A DNA stretch of 64,000 nucleotides from the human T2T-CHM13v2.0 reference genome, Homo sapiens (GCF_009914755.1 NC_060929.1), one strand, 5' to 3'; shown: positions 1-15,851, counted from the stretch's first letter. Notes: generated by a model from the sequence alone, not told the origin. Translations and numbers: made by a program.

Positions 1-109
1 TGGTTGGTGGAATTATCAGTGATATTCATTGTTTGCTATTTTTCATATTTTACAAGTTTATACTATTATTAACATGTAAAACTTTTTAGATCAAATAAAT
101 GTTATCATA

Positions 110-1545
110 GCTAGTGTAAAAAATTACACCCCAATTTTAAAAAAAACTTAACTACAAACCTATAGTAATCAAGATAGTGTAGTACTGGCATATGGATAGA
201 CATGTGGATAAATGGAATTAAATTGAGAGTCCAGAAATAAACCCTTAAATTTACATTCAATTGGTTTTCAACAAATACACCAAGATAATTCAAGAGAGAA
301 AGAAGTTTTCAACAAATGGTGCTGGGGCAACAAACATCCACATGTAAAAGAATGAAGTTGGACCCCTGTCACACATCACATATAAAAATTAACTCAAAAA
401 TAAATCAAAGACCTAAATGTAAGAGCTAAACCTATAAATATATCAGAACAAAATGCCAGTACACATCTTTTGGGGACTTCAAATTAGGCAATGGTTTCTT
501 AGGTGCAACTCTTTAGTGTCAAAGCCCAAGAAAGGAAACAAAAATAAAGTGGACTTTATCAAAATTAAAAAAGGTTGTGCTTCAAAAGACACCCCAAGGA
601 AGTGAAATGCCAACACACAAAATGAGAGAAGGTATTTTCAAATTATATATCTTATAAGGAACTTATATGCAGAATAAAGAATTCTTACAATTCAACAATA
701 CAAAGACAGTCAAATTATAAAATGGGCAAAAGATTTTAACAGACATTTCTCCAAAGAAGATGTATGAATGACAAATAAGGACATGAAGGTCAACATAATT
801 AGTCATTATGGAAATGCAAATCAAAATCATAATGAGATACCAGTTCATACCATGAGGATGGCTATGATCAAGAAAGCATACAATAACAAGTGTTGGCAAG
901 GATGTAGAGATATTGGAACTCCCATATATTGCTAATAAGAATCTAAAAGTTACAGCCACTTTGTCAAACAATTTATAAGTTCCTCAAAATGTTATACACA
1001 GAATTACAACAAAACCAAGCAATTTCACTAATAGTTATCTTCATATGAAACGTTTGAAAACTTAAGTCCACACAAACACTTGTACCTGAATAGCAGCATT
1101 ATTTATAACAACCAGAAAGTGCAAACAACCCAAATGTCCATCAACCTATGAAAGAATGAACAGAATGTGGTGTATCCATACAATACCATTTGTCAACAAA
1201 AAAGAATGAATTACTGACACACACAACACGTATGGACCTTGAAAACATCATGCTAAGTGAAAGAAGCCAAACTCAAAAGGCCACGTATTATATGATCCCG
1301 TTAATGTATAATATCCAGAATATGGAAATCTATACAGATGGAAAGTAGATTTGTGGTTTCCAGGGATGGGGGAAACAAGGTTGAGAAGAAGGAGTGACTG
1401 CTAATTGGTAAGGCTGATGATGTGTTGTAAACTTAGATTCTGATGATAGTCGCACACCTTTGTAAAAACACTAAAAACCATTGAGCTTTATGTATGCTGT
1501 AAATTAATGAGCTTTATGGTGTGTAAATTATATATCAATACAGTG
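110..1545 (+). mobile_element. Old L1 (L1MB-like) ORF2 3' part and 3' UTR
   Basis: Degenerate L1 3' motifs: aacaaatggtgctggg, gacctaaatgtaagagctaaa, atgcaaatcaaaa, caacccaaatgtccatcaa, atcatgctaagtgaaagaagcc. Confidence 0.85.
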
Positions 1546-1554
1546 TTTTTAGAA

Positions 1555-1800
1555 GGATGTTCATAGCAATAGTGTTTGTAACAAAAGAAAATTGAAAATA
1601 ACCTAAATATCCATCAATAGAACAGATAAATAAACTTGCATATTTATACTCTGAAATATCCACGTCAAAGAAAATGAATAAACAATATACAAAGAGCATG
1701 AATAGAGAAAAATCTCAAAAACATTGTTGAGCAGTAGGAGGCACTCACAGAAGCACACAGAATGATTCCATTTATAGAGTTCAAAAAGGTAAAACTACAT
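1555..1800 (+). mobile_element. L1ME-like fragment
   Basis: tgttcatagcaatagtgtttgtaac...acctaaatatccatcaatag...atgattccatttata resembles an old L1 3' end. Confidence 0.6.
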
Positions 1801-2788
1801 GAAGTAACTCTTCTGACTTGATTATTCACTTAAAGGGAAAAAAATCAACATCATAATAATTTGCCCATTTTATAAAATCTTTAATTTTTAAAGTTAGACT
1901 ATTTTGCTATGAAAGAAGTCCTTATTTATTCTATAAAAAGACACTGTCAATCTTTATCTTCATCCTGTACTTCGTTTTACCAAATTCTTATTCAAAGAAA
2001 ATTAAACAGAAAAAAAAAGATCTTGACGTCAGAGATGCCAACGTAGACCGATAAATACTGTTTAGAATTGACTCATCTAAATTAATGGATGTTTTGTACT
2101 GTTTAATACCAAAAAGTCCATTAAATATTACAAACAGAAGGATAAGTTCACATTCTATCTCAGCGAGTGGCTGGCAGTTTAAGAGAATATGCAATTGAGG
2201 ACAGCAGTTCTATTCTAATTAGTCATAAATGACTTCACAGAGCATCTTAATACTTCAAGATCTTCTGTGCCAAATGAAAACAAGTTGGCAAATAGAAAAC
2301 CTTTAAAATTCAATTGTCTTTATTTTGAGGCTGTTTTCCCTTTTCAGAATTCTCTGATTACACATTTTAAATCTAATTAAAGATTAATAAAAAGTTAAGC
2401 TAGAATTCCCCCACACCTATCACTTTACTAAGTGGTTTGCAGATGGTTTAGATGGTATCATTTCTGAAAGAGAAGTGGCTGACAAGACCAGAGGGTTCCT
2501 GGGTTCTACTAACAGGAGGTTCTGATTCAGTGAGATTTATACAACTGTATATTTTAAAAGGTACTACAAGATATTTCAAGGAAATCAATGAATTCAAGAC
2601 TTCTTAAAGTTCCAGTTCCAGTTTTGTATTTTAAAGTAGGATAATCATGTAAAGCAACTAGTTGGCAACATCAGAATGGTACTGAACCGGCTGCATCATC
2701 AAATCACAAGACTTGGGATGTAAACACACTCTGCCTTGTGATAAGCAGAGCAGCTGTGTTTTATCTAGTAAGCAAAGCTGGAATCCTA

Positions 2789-3260
<472 letters not shown>

Positions 3261-3429
3261 TCAAAGATTTTCATGCCTTTCTGTAAAAATGAAAATTAGA
3301 AATCAAAAGAAAATTATTAACCCCATGTCTTTATTTCTCTAGCTTTGCAATGAAGTAGTAGCACGGTATGTCAAAAAAACACTTAGAACTAAAGCAAAAA
3401 TTTAATTCTTCATATTTTATTCATTTGTG

Positions 3430-3672
<243 letters not shown>

Positions 3673-3675
3673 AAT

Positions 3676-4046
3676 ATTTTTTTTTCTATTTCTATAGGTT
3701 TTTGGGGGAAACAGGTGGTATTTGGTCACGTAAGTTCTTTAGTGGTGCTTTGTGAGAGATTTTAGTGCACTCAACCCCTGAACAGTATATACTAAACCCA
3801 ATTTGTAGTCTGTTATCCCTCACCCCCTTCCCACTCTTTCCCACTGAGTCCACAAAGTCCATTGTATCATTCTTATGCCTTTACATCCTCATAGCTTAGG
3901 TCCCACTTATGAGTGAGAACATATGATTTTTGGTTTTCCATTCCTGAGTTACTTCACTTAGAATTATAGTCTCCAATCCCACCCAGGCTGCTGCAAATGC
4001 CATTAATTTATTCCTTTTTATGGCTGAGTAGTATTCCATCACATAC

Positions 4047-4115
<69 letters not shown>

Positions 4116-4970
4116 GGTATATATATGTATATATATATACACAGGTATATATATGTATATATATATATATATATACACAGGTATATATATGTATATATAT
4201 ATATATATATACACCACAGTTTCTTTACTTGTTGATTGAAGGGCATTTGGGCTGGTTCCACAATGTTGCAATTGTGAATTGTGCTGCTATAAACATGCAT
4301 GTGCAAGTATGTTTTTTGTATAATGGCTTTTCCTCCGAGCAGATATCCAGTAGTGGGATTGCTGGATCAAATAGTAGTCCTTTTAGTTCTTTAAGGAATC
4401 TCCACACTGTTTTCCATAGTGGTTGTACTACTTTATATTTCTACCAGCAGTGCAGAAGTGTTCCCTTTTCACCACATCTATGCCAACATTTATTTTTTCT
4501 TTTATTTTTTGATAAGGGCCATTCTTGCGGGAGTAAGATGGTATCACATTGTGGTTTTGATTTGCATTTCCCTGATTATTAGTGATGTTGATAATTTTTT
4601 CATATGTTTGTTGGCCATTTGTATATCTTATTTTTGTGAATTGTCTATTCATGTCCTTAGCCCGCTTTTTGATGGGATTATTTGCTTTATTTGTGCTGAT
4701 TTGTTTGAGTTCCTTGTAGATTCTGGATATTAGTCCTTTGTTGGATGTATAGATTGTGAATATTTTCTCCCTCTCTGTAGGTTGTCTGTTTACTCTGCTG
4801 ACTGTTCCTTTTGCTGTGCAGAAGTTCTTTAGTTTAATTAAGTCCCACCCATTTATCTTTGTTTTTGTTGTATTTGCTTTGGGTTCTTGGTCATGAAATC
4901 TTTGCCTAAGCCAATGTCTAGAAGGTTTTTTCTGATGTGATCTTCTAGAATTTTTATAGTTTCAGGCCTT
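3676..4970 (-). mobile_element. L1PB (L1PB1-like) 3' end
   Basis: ataggttttgggggaaacaggtggtatttgg...ttatgagtgagaacat matches the L1PB 3' UTR. ORF2 C-terminal peptides ([19 protein letters not shown]) are in the ORF track. Confidence 0.9.
4043..4213. repeat. Compound (TA)n/(CA)n microsatellite with a higher-order unit
   Basis: (TA)n then (CA)n, followed by three units of acaggtatatatatgt(at)n. Confidence 0.95.
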
Positions 4971-6679
4971 ATTTAGATAATAGTCACCTCCTACAGACTT
5001 CATATAAATAATATAAATCATCTGATTTTTTTAAATGGTCATCTCATAAGGTCCTTAAATTCCTTTGAGGGGTAGATTCTTTCTTGGGATTTCCGTGGAT
5101 ATCACTTCCTACAGATTCATGTTGATAGAGAGCCAGAGGAATTACCAAAATAATATGGAGAAATAGCCAACCCAGTAGTTCAGGTCTGGTACTAAGTGTT
5201 ATACTTTTCTGGTGTCCACCTAATCTCACCCCTAGTCCTACTAAGGTCCTCTCCAGAAGGCAGGTCTGCTCCGACAAGCCCACACATCATGAAGAGGAGG
5301 CTTCCTCTCACTCTCTTACTTCTAACCTTGGGCTGATTTATTTGCTCAACTTCTCTAGCTTTCTTTAGAAAAGAAGTTACATAAGTAAGAACTTTCTTCT
5401 GCTCAGGACACATTGACTACAACAAAGCTATTTTAGATTCCTAAAATATTTTGAGAGAGTGCTTACTAAAAGTTAAACATTAAATATCATTATGTCTTTT
5501 ATTTTTCTTTCAAGGAGTGAAAAATAATATGAGGCTGAATAGCCTATCAAAATATCAATTTTTTTTGTTCTCCCATCCATAGAAATTTTCTCCCTCCATC
5601 CCAAGCAGGTTTCTAAGCTTATGTTTTCCCTTGCCTTGCCTCAAAAGTGAGGTATGTTCAAATATAAAACAGAAACTATTGAGATAATATCCCTCCCTAG
5701 CTTTTATGTTCAAATACTTAAAGACATAAAAAAGATTACTAGGTCATTCCAGATAAAGAGAAGAGGGAGATGAGGGCTTGATGTAGGGGAAAAGGAAGTA
5801 GGGCAGCTTCTCTTGAAGAGTGGGAGAACCAGTTTATTGCAACAGAGATGTGCTGACGGCATTCGCTCCCCAAAAAGTGACTTGCTTTCTGACATATCTT
5901 AAAAGTGAACTGTAGAAGAGACATGAGCATAGAATATTAAGAATCATATCCCTGAGTGCCTTGGGGAAAGATTATATGCCCTGTCTTGGCACAGAAGTGA
6001 CAATGCTACTATGTGGCTGAGGAAAGGAGCAGTGAAGATTAAAGACCAGAGGAACATAATGTTGTAGATTGTGGTGCACCCCCAGGACATTTTGGTGATT
6101 TGGGTGGTAGGGAAAGAGCCTTATTAATAATTGAGATAGAATTTCTGTGCAATCTACTAGGATGGGAGCTTTGAGAAAATCTAACTTTAAAAAATAAGGG
6201 GGATACAACAGTTTCTTACTTTCTTATATAGAATAATAAATCTTTACAATAACAATATTTAGTAGTAAAATTCTCCGTACATATGCTTTACCTTTTCAGC
6301 CAAAGTTTAGATGACCAGACAGAACTCTTTCAGAAAACCACTAACCAATATTTTCAATGTAAAGAAATGTCATCTATAGAACCATCAGACATTTGCGGCA
6401 GTGCCCACAGAAGAAATATTCTTTGTGTATACAATAAACAGAATGAAGTATAATGAATTGCTCTGAGTTACATACAGCCAATCACTTCTCATTCACAGTG
6501 GAATAAAAATGAAAAGGAATAAAACATAAAAATGCAAGACCTCTACTTCTCAAAGTATCTTTTGGGGGCAGAGCAAGACGGTGGAATAAAAGGCTTCCAC
6601 TGAGTGTCCCCCACTCTCCTGCAAGGATGCCAACAACTGTCTACGCCAAACAAATCACCTTCATAAGAACCAAAAATCA

Positions 6680-6980
<301 letters not shown>

Positions 6981-6997
6981 AAAGTTAACATAAATAA

Positions 6998-8044
6998 TTT
7001 ATTATTATTATACTTTAAGTTCTAGGGTACATGTGCACAATGTGCAGTTTAGTTACATATGTATACATGTGCCATGTTGGCGTGCTGCATCCATTAACTC
7101 GTCATTTACATTAAGTATATCTCCTAATGCTATCCCTCCCCCTCCCCCCCACCCCACAACAGGCCCTGGTGTGTGATGTTCCCCTTCCTGTGTCCAAGTG
7201 TTCTCATTGTTCAATTCCCACCTATGCGTGAGAACATGCGGTGTTTGGTTTTTGTCCTTGTGACAGTTTGCTGAGAATGATGGCTTCCAGCTTCATCCAT
7301 GTCCCTGCAAAGGACATGAACTCATCCTTTTTTATGGCTGCATAGTATTCCATGGTGTATATGTGCCACATTTTCTTAATCCAGTCTATCATTGATGGGC
7401 ATTTGGGTTGGTTCCAAGTCTTTGCTATTGTGAATAGTGCCACAATAAACATACATGTGCATGTGCCTTTATAGCAGCATGGTTTATAATCCTTTGGGTA
7501 TATACCCAGTAATGGGATGGCTGGGTCAAATGGTATTTCTAGTTCTAGATCCTTGAGAAATCGCCACACTGTCTTCCACAATGTCTGAACTAGTTTATGG
7601 TCCCACCAACAGTGTAAAAGCGTTTCTATTTCTCCACATCCTCTCCAGCACCTGTTGTTTCCTGACTTTTTAATGATCGCCATTCTAACTGGTGTGAGGT
7701 GGTATCTCATTGTGGTTTTGATTTGCATTTCTCTGATGACCAGTGATGATGAGCATTTTTTTTATGTGTCTGTTGGCTACATAAATGTCTTCTTTTGAGA
7801 AGTGTCTGTTCATAACTTTTGCCCACTTTTTGATGGGGTTGTTTGATGTTTTCTTGTAAATTTGTTTAAGTTCTTTGTAGATTCTGGGTATTAGCCCTTT
7901 GTCAGATGGGTAGATAGTAAAAATTTTCTCCCATTCTGTAGGTTGCCTGTTCACTCTGATGGTAGTTTCTTTTTCTGCGCAGAAACTCTTTAGTTTAATT
8001 AGATCCCATTTCTCAGTTTTGGCTTTTGTTGCCATTGCTTTTGG
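6998..8044 (-). mobile_element. L1PA (about L1PA5) 3' 1 kb
   Basis: ttatactttaagttctagggtacatgtgcac 3' end. ORF 7222-7728 is the ORF2 C-terminus ([14 protein letters not shown]...CWRGCGE). Confidence 0.95.
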
Positions 8045-11000
8045 AATAAAACCCAAGTTCTTTTGAATATCTGGAAAGCCTTCCAAGAAGGGCGGGTACA
8101 AACAGGCCCAGACTGAGAGGACTACAATGAATGCCTAACTCTTAAATGCCTAGACATCAAAGAACATCTACAAGCATCAACACCATTCAGGAAAACATGA
8201 CCTCACCAAATGAACTAAGTAAGGCACCAGGGACCAATTTTGGACAAAGATATATGACCTTTCAGAAAAAAAATTCAAAGTAGCTATTTTGGGGAAACAC
8301 AAAGAAATTCAAGATATCTCAGAGAAGGAACTCAGAATTCTATCATAAATTTAACAAGCAGATTGAAGTAATTCAAAAGAATTAAGAAGAAATTTTGGAG
8401 GTGAAAAATGCAATTAGCAATTGAAATAATTCAAAAGAATCAAGAAGAAATTTTGGAGCTGAAAAATGCAATTAGCATACTGAAGAATGCATCAGAGTCT
8501 TTTAATAGAAGTAATCAAGCAGAAGAAAGAATTAGTGAGGGTGAAGACAGGCTAGTTGAAAATACACAGTCAGAGAACACAAAAGAAAAGAGACTAAGAA
8601 ACAATTAATCCCACCTGTGGGATCTAGATGATAGCTTCAAAAGGGCAAATCTAAGAGTTATTGGCTTTAAAGAGGAGATAGAGATAGGGGTAGAAAGTTA
8701 ATTCAAATGTATGACAGAGAACTTCCCAAACCTAGAGAAAGATATCAATACCCAAGTACAAGAAGGTTTTAGAACACCAAGTAGATTTAATGCAAAGAAG
8801 ACTGTCTCAAGGCATTTAATAATCAAACTCCAAAAGGTTAAGGATAAAGAAAGGATCCTAAAAGCAACTAGAGAAAAGAAACAAATAACACACAATGGAG
8901 CTCCAATACATCTATCAACAGACTTTTCAGTGGAAACCTTACAGGCCAGGAGAGTGTGGCATGACAATATTAAAGCAATGAAGGGAAAAAAAACTTTTAT
9001 TCTAGAATAGCATATCTGGTAAAAATATCCTTCAAACATGACAGAGAAATAAAGACTTTCCACAAAAAAAGCAGAGGGATTTCATCAACACCAAACCAGT
9101 CTTACAAGAAATGCTCAAAGGAAATCTTCAACCCAGAAGAAAAGAATATTAATGAGCAACAAGGAATCATCTGAAGGTACAAAACTCACTGGTAATAGTA
9201 AGTACACAGAAAATTATAACACTGTAACTGTGGTGTGTAAACTTCTCCTGAGTAGAAAGACCAAACAATAAACCAAAAGTAATAACTACAATAACTTTTC
9301 AAGATGTAGACAGTACAATAAGATATAAATAGAAACAAGAAAAAGTTTAAAAGTAAGGGAACAAAGTTAAGGTATGGAGTCTTTATTAGTTTTCTTTTTG
9401 CTTGTTTGTTTATGCAAACAGCATTGTTATCAACTTAAAATACTGAGTTGTAAGACAGTATTTGCAAACATCTTGGTAACCTGAAACTAACATACAACGA
9501 ATACAGAAAAAATAAAAAGCAAGAAACTAAATAATATCACCAGAGATAAAGGAAGACAAGAAAGAAAAAATAAAGGAAAAGACCACAAAACAACCAGAGA
9601 ATAAATAACAACATGGCAGGAATCAGTCTTATCAATAATGACATTCAATGTAAATGGACTAAACTCTCCAATCAAAAGACAGAGTGGATGACTGGATTAA
9701 AAAAAGACAACGACAACCCAATCATCTTTTGCCTACAAAAAACATATTTCACCTATAAAGACACACATAAACTGAAAATAAAGGAATGGAAAAAGATATT
9801 CCATGCCAATGGAAACCAAAAGAGAGCAGGAGTAGCTATACTTTTATCAGCTAAAATAGATTTTAAGACTATAAGAAGAGACCAAAAAACGGCCATTGTA
9901 TAATGAAAAAGGGGTTATTTCAGCAAGAGGATATGACAATTTTAAATATATATGCACCCAACACTGGAACACCCAGATATATAAGGCAAATATTATCAGA
10001 GCTAAGGAGAGAGATACCAATACAATAATAGCTGGAGATTTCAATAATCTCACTTTCATCAATAAACAGATTTTCCAGACAGAAAAACAACAAAGAAACA
10101 TTGAACTTCATCTGCACTATAGAAATGGACCTAATAGATATGTATAGAATAATTCATTCAATAACTGCAGAATACACATTCCTTTCCTCAGCACATGGGT
10201 TATTCTCAAGGATAGATCAAGGGTTAGGTCACAAAACAAGTCTCAAAACTTTCAAAAAAAATTGAAATAAATCAAGCATTTCCTCTGACTACATGAAATA
10301 AAACTAGAAATCAGTAACGAGGATTTTTTGAAACTATACAAATACATGGAAATTAAACAATATGCTTCTGAATGACCTGGAGATCAATCAGAAAACTAAG
10401 GAAACCGAAAATTTATTGAAACAAATGATAATGGAAACAAGAAGACAAAACCTACGGGATACAGCAAAAGGAGTACTAAGAGGGAAATTTATAGCTATAA
10501 GTGACTACATCAAAAAAGAAGACAACCTTCTTAATGATTCATCTTTAAAAAACTAGAAAAATCAGTGCAAATGAAATCCAAATTTAGCAGAAGAAATAAT
10601 AAAGATCAGAGCAGAAATAAATAAATTTGAAATGAAGATAACAATACAAAAAGCAAAAAGTTGGTTTTTTGAAAAGTTAAAATTGACAAATCTTTAGCCA
10701 GACTAAGAAAAAAAGAGAGAAGATCCAAATAAATAAAATCAGAGATGAAGAAGGAGACATTACAAATGAAACCACGGAAATGCAAAGGATCATTTGTGGA
10801 TAATATGAACAACTATATGCCAATGAATTGGAAAATCTAGAAGAAACGGACAAATTCCTAGACACATACAACCCACCAAAATTGAACCAGGAAGAAATCC
10901 AAAACCTGAACAGACCAATAACAAGTAACAAGATCAAAGTCATAATCTAAAAGTCTCCCCACAGAGAAAAGCCCAAGACCCAATGGCTTCACTGCTGAAA

Positions 11001-11519
11001 TCTACCGAACATTTGAAGAACTAATACCAATCCTACTCAAACTATTCTGAAAAATACAGGAGGAGAGAATACTTCCAAACTTATTCTACAAGGCCAGTAT
11101 TACTCTAATACCAAAACCAGAAAAAGACACATCAAAGAAAAACAAGTACAGGCCCCTATTTCTGATGAATATTGAGATACCGACCTGTATCAACAAAATA
11201 CTAGCAAACCAAATTCATCAGTACGTTAAAAAGATCATTCATTACGGCCAAGTGAGATTTATCCCTGGGATGCAAGGATGGTTCAATATATGCTAATCAA
11301 TCACTATAATACATATTAACAGAATGAAAGATGAAAACCATATGATCATTTCAATTGATGCTGAAAAAGCATTTGATAAAATTCAACATTCCTTCATAAT
11401 AAAAACTTCCCAAAAATTGAGTATAGAAGGAACATACCTCAATATAATAAAAGCCATATACAACAGGCTCACAGTTTGTATCATATTAAATGGGGGAAAA
11501 ATGAAAGCCTTTCCTCTAA

Positions 11520-11847
<328 letters not shown>

Positions 11848-14378
11848 AAGGATGTCTACTTTCATCACTGTTATTTAGCATTGTACTAGAAGTCCTAGCT
11901 AAAGCAATCAGACAAGAGAAAGACATAAAGAGCATCCAAATTGGAAAGGAAGAAGTTAAACTGTCTTTGTTTGAAGATGATATAATCTTATATTAAAATC
12001 TAAAGACACCAACAAAATACTATTAGAACTGCCAAATTCAGTAAAGTTGAAGCATACAAAATCAACATACAAAAATCAGTAGCATTTCTATATGCTAACA
12101 GTGAAAATCTGAAAAATTTAAAAAGCAATTCCATTTACAATAGTCACAAATAAAATTACATAGGAATCAACTCGACCAAAGAAATCAAAGATCTCTGCAA
12201 TAAAAACTATAAAACACTGATGAAAAAAATTGAAGAGAACACCAAAAAACGGATAGATATTCCATGTTCATGGATAAGAGTCGATATTGTTAAAATGTCC
12301 ATACTACCCAAAGCAATCTACAGACTTAATGCAATCCCTATCAAAATATCAATGGCATTCTTCACAGAAATAGAAAAGAAAATCATAAAATTTTATGAAA
12401 CCACAAAGGAGACAGAATAGCCAAGGCTACCCTAAACAAAAAGAACTGGAGAAATCACATTACCTGGCTTCAAATTATACCACAGAGCTATAGTAACCAA
12501 AACAGCATGGTACTTGCATAAAAACAGACACATAGAACAATGGAACAGAATAGAGAAACCAGAAACAAATCCACAGACAGTGAATTCATTTTCAACAAAG
12601 GTCCTAAGAATATACACCAAGGAACAGACAATCTATTCAATAAGTTATGCTGGGAAAACTGGATATCCATGTGCAGAAGAATGAAGCTACACCCCTGTCT
12701 CTTTCCATATACAAAAATCAAATCAAAACAGATTAAAGACTTAAATCTAAGACCTCAAAGTATGAAACTACTATAAGAAAACATAGGGAAACTCTCCAGG
12801 GCATTGCTCTGGGCAAAACTTTCTTAAGCAAAATCCCATAACACAGACAACTAAACCAAAAACAGACAAATGGGATCATATCAAGTTAAAAAGCTTCTGC
12901 ACAACAAAAGAAATGATCAGCCAAGCGAAGAGACAACCCACAGAATGGGAGAAAATGTCTGCATACTACTCGTCTGACAAGGGATTAATAACCAGAATAT
13001 ATAAGGAACTCAAACAACCATAGGAAAAAATCTAATAATTCAATTTTAAAATGGGCAAAAAATATTTAAATAGACATAACTCAAAAGAAAACATACAAAT
13101 GGCAAACAGATATATGAAAAGGTGCTCAACATTATTGATTACAGAAATGCAAATCAAAACTACAATGAGCAATCATCTCACCTCAGTAAAAACGTCTTAT
13201 ATCCAAAAGACAGGCAATAACAAACTCTGGCAAGGATGTGAAGTAAAGGGAACCCTTGCACACTGTTTTGTAAGAATTTAAGTTAGTACAACCACTATGG
13301 AGAAAAAATTGAAGGTTCTGAAAAACTAAAAATAGAGCTGCCATATGTTCCAGCTCAAAGGAAGTTTGGTATATCTTAGAGGAAAGAAAAATAAGTATAT
13401 CAAAGAGGTATCTGCACTCCTATGTTTGTTTCAGCACTGTTTACAAGAGCTAAGATTTGGAAGTAATCTATGTTTCCATCAACAGATGAATGGATAAAGA
13501 AAATGTGGTACTTATATACAAAAGAGTGCTATCCAGTCATAAAGAAAAATGAGATGCTGTCATTTGCAATAACATGGATCACTAAACTGGAAATCACTAT
13601 TTTAAGTGAAATAAACCAGGCATAGAAAAACAAACATCACATGTTCTCACTTATTTGCAGGATCTAAAAATCAAAACAATTGAACTCATGAAGATAGGGA
13701 GCAAAAGGGTGGTTTTCAAAGACTGGGAAGGGTATTGGGGGCGTTGGGGGCGTAAGTGAGAAGGGTTCATGGGTATTAAAAAAACAGACACAGTAAGACA
13801 GTATTTGATAGCACAATGGGTGACTAGTCAAGAATATTTAATTGTACATTTCAAAATAACTAAAGTATAATTGGGTAGTTCGTAACACAAAGGATAAATA
13901 CTTTAGGGATGGATACCCCATTTTACATGATGTGATTATTATGCATTGCATGCCTGTATCAAAATATCTCATGTACCCCATAAACATATACACCTACTAT
14001 GTACCCACAAAAATTAAAATAAAAAAATTTTAATGTCTTGTGACTAGTACCTGTTAGAGATGTAATATATACTTACTAAACAGAGTCACCCTAAATGAAT
14101 TCAGTTAACACACAAGTCAACCATAATTTATGGATTTTTTCATTCTTCTTTTGAATATAGAACTTAAGAATATTTCTAAATTAATCTCACTGAAATATAA
14201 TGGTGAGAGTTAATTAGATTGAAGTGTTTTAAGAGGGTTCAAGTAGTTTACACGTTTTCTTTTATAAAGAAAGCTATAAATATCCACTCTTTCTTATATC
14301 TCCTGGATCTCTCTACCACCCTTTAGCACATTATTTGCTTCCTGCTTTTAATTAAGAAGTTTCAACTCGGTAATCCTT

Positions 14379-14497
14379 TTTTTTTTTATTATACTTTAAG
14401 TTTTAGGGTACATGTGCACAATGTGCAGGTTAGTCACACATGTATACATGTGCCATGCTGGTGTGCTGCACCCATTAACTTGTCATTTAGCATTAGG
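14379..14497 (-). mobile_element. Ultra-short young L1PA 3' end
   Basis: L1PA terminal sequence. TSD tcaact(c/g)ggtaatcctt at 14362-14378 and 14498-14514. Confidence 0.95.
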
Positions 14498-15683
14498 TCA
14501 ACTGGGTAATCCTTAAGATCTAAATACAAGACTTTGAAAAATGTTTTCCCTTTTATACAGGAAGCCAACTTTGCCCCTGGTAGGCTGTCTAAATCTGCTC
14601 CACAGGGAGTGAAGAAATTCTTCTACAACTTTATCCTGAACTGATTCTTTATTGAAAGAGGAGTACCTGTGGATTTAAAAATCTTTTAAATTCTCTCAAA
14701 AAGGAAGCCTATGTGTCTGTGATTAATTGTATCACTCATATATGCCATTTCTTACTTCCACAGAACCACGTATCTAACTTCCTAACAAATTTCAACACCA
14801 CAGGGCATGTCCTGTGACTTGATACCAAGCACGACCTATAGCTTAAAATTGGAACACACAATTATGAATTAGGCCAATGAGTAACCAGAAAGTGTTCCTG
14901 GAAGGAAAGCTAAGAAACCTTCCTAACTCCATGCAGAAGACCCTAAGCTTGACAAACACTGTTGAGGTACATATCAAGAAGATGCATATAGCCTCCTAAA
15001 TTTCAGGATTCAAATTTTTTTTTACAACTTTGTATACTGACTAGCCTCTGAAAGCCTCAGTGAGCTAGACTCCTTGACAAGACATTTGCAGTTACCAAAA
15101 GAAAGCGTGTAAAAGGTATTCACTGCTTAAAATGATGGGGTTGTCCTGGAAAATTGCATTGTTCACAAAGCAGCAAAGACTAAAACACAAGTTGAACTAA
15201 TGATCAGAAAGCATATCCTAGTAAGACTGTAACTAAAACTCTAAGGGTCTTCTCTGATTTCCTGTCTGTAAAATGGACATGATAACTTCAAATCTATTTC
15301 ACGGTCACATACCAAAATAGATACACACATAGATATATAGATATAAACAAAGCTTTGTTTTTATTGGTTAACATCAATGGCCCAGGTCTAATCTTTAGTT
15401 CTTTAGTGACCGTAAGTCACAAATAGATCATTTGTTGAGTTTTTAAGTGCAGACACATCATTCGAGGGGCTCAAATTCTATTCTTGGTTAAAGGTATTTA
15501 ATGGTTCATTTTACATATATTTTGCCAAACTAGAATCATAAGATCAATAAACTGCCTTTCATTTTCAACTACAATTAAATAGCAAATTGACCCTGAAACC
15601 TTTTAAGATATCATCAATCTTTTAAGAAATTATGTGAGTGTGAGTGTGTGTGTTTCTTATCTAAGTTTCTAAGAGGGCCTAGA

Positions 15684-15851
15684 ATTTTTTTAAGTTTTAT
15701 TTAAGTTGAGGGGTACATGTGTAGGTTTGTTATATAGGTAAACTTGTGTCATGGGGGTTTGTGATACAGATTATTTTCTCACTCATGTATTAAGCTTAGT
15801 ACCCATTATTTTTTCTGGTCCTCTCCCTCCTCCCTCCCTCCACCTTCTGAC
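15684..15851 (-). mobile_element. Short older L1PA (about PA13-16) 3' end
   Basis: ggggtacatgtgtaggtttgttatataggtaaacttgtgtcatgggggtttg. TSD agagggcctaga at 15672-15683 and 15852-15863. Confidence 0.9.

Noticed and set aside
3896-4306. Long IY/YI-repeat ORFs (also 58850-59119)
   Set aside because: Translation artefacts of (TA)n microsatellites.
5040-6200. Possible old LTR-like fragments
   Set aside because: I could not identify termini or a family with confidence, so it is left unannotated.
7128-7160. C-rich tract / G4 on the minus strand
   Set aside because: Known G-rich element of the L1PA 3' UTR.
7685-8101. 138-aa ORF with a novel-looking N-terminus
   Set aside because: Chance fusion across the junction of antisense L1MA2 and L1PA ORF2. 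No sign of expression.
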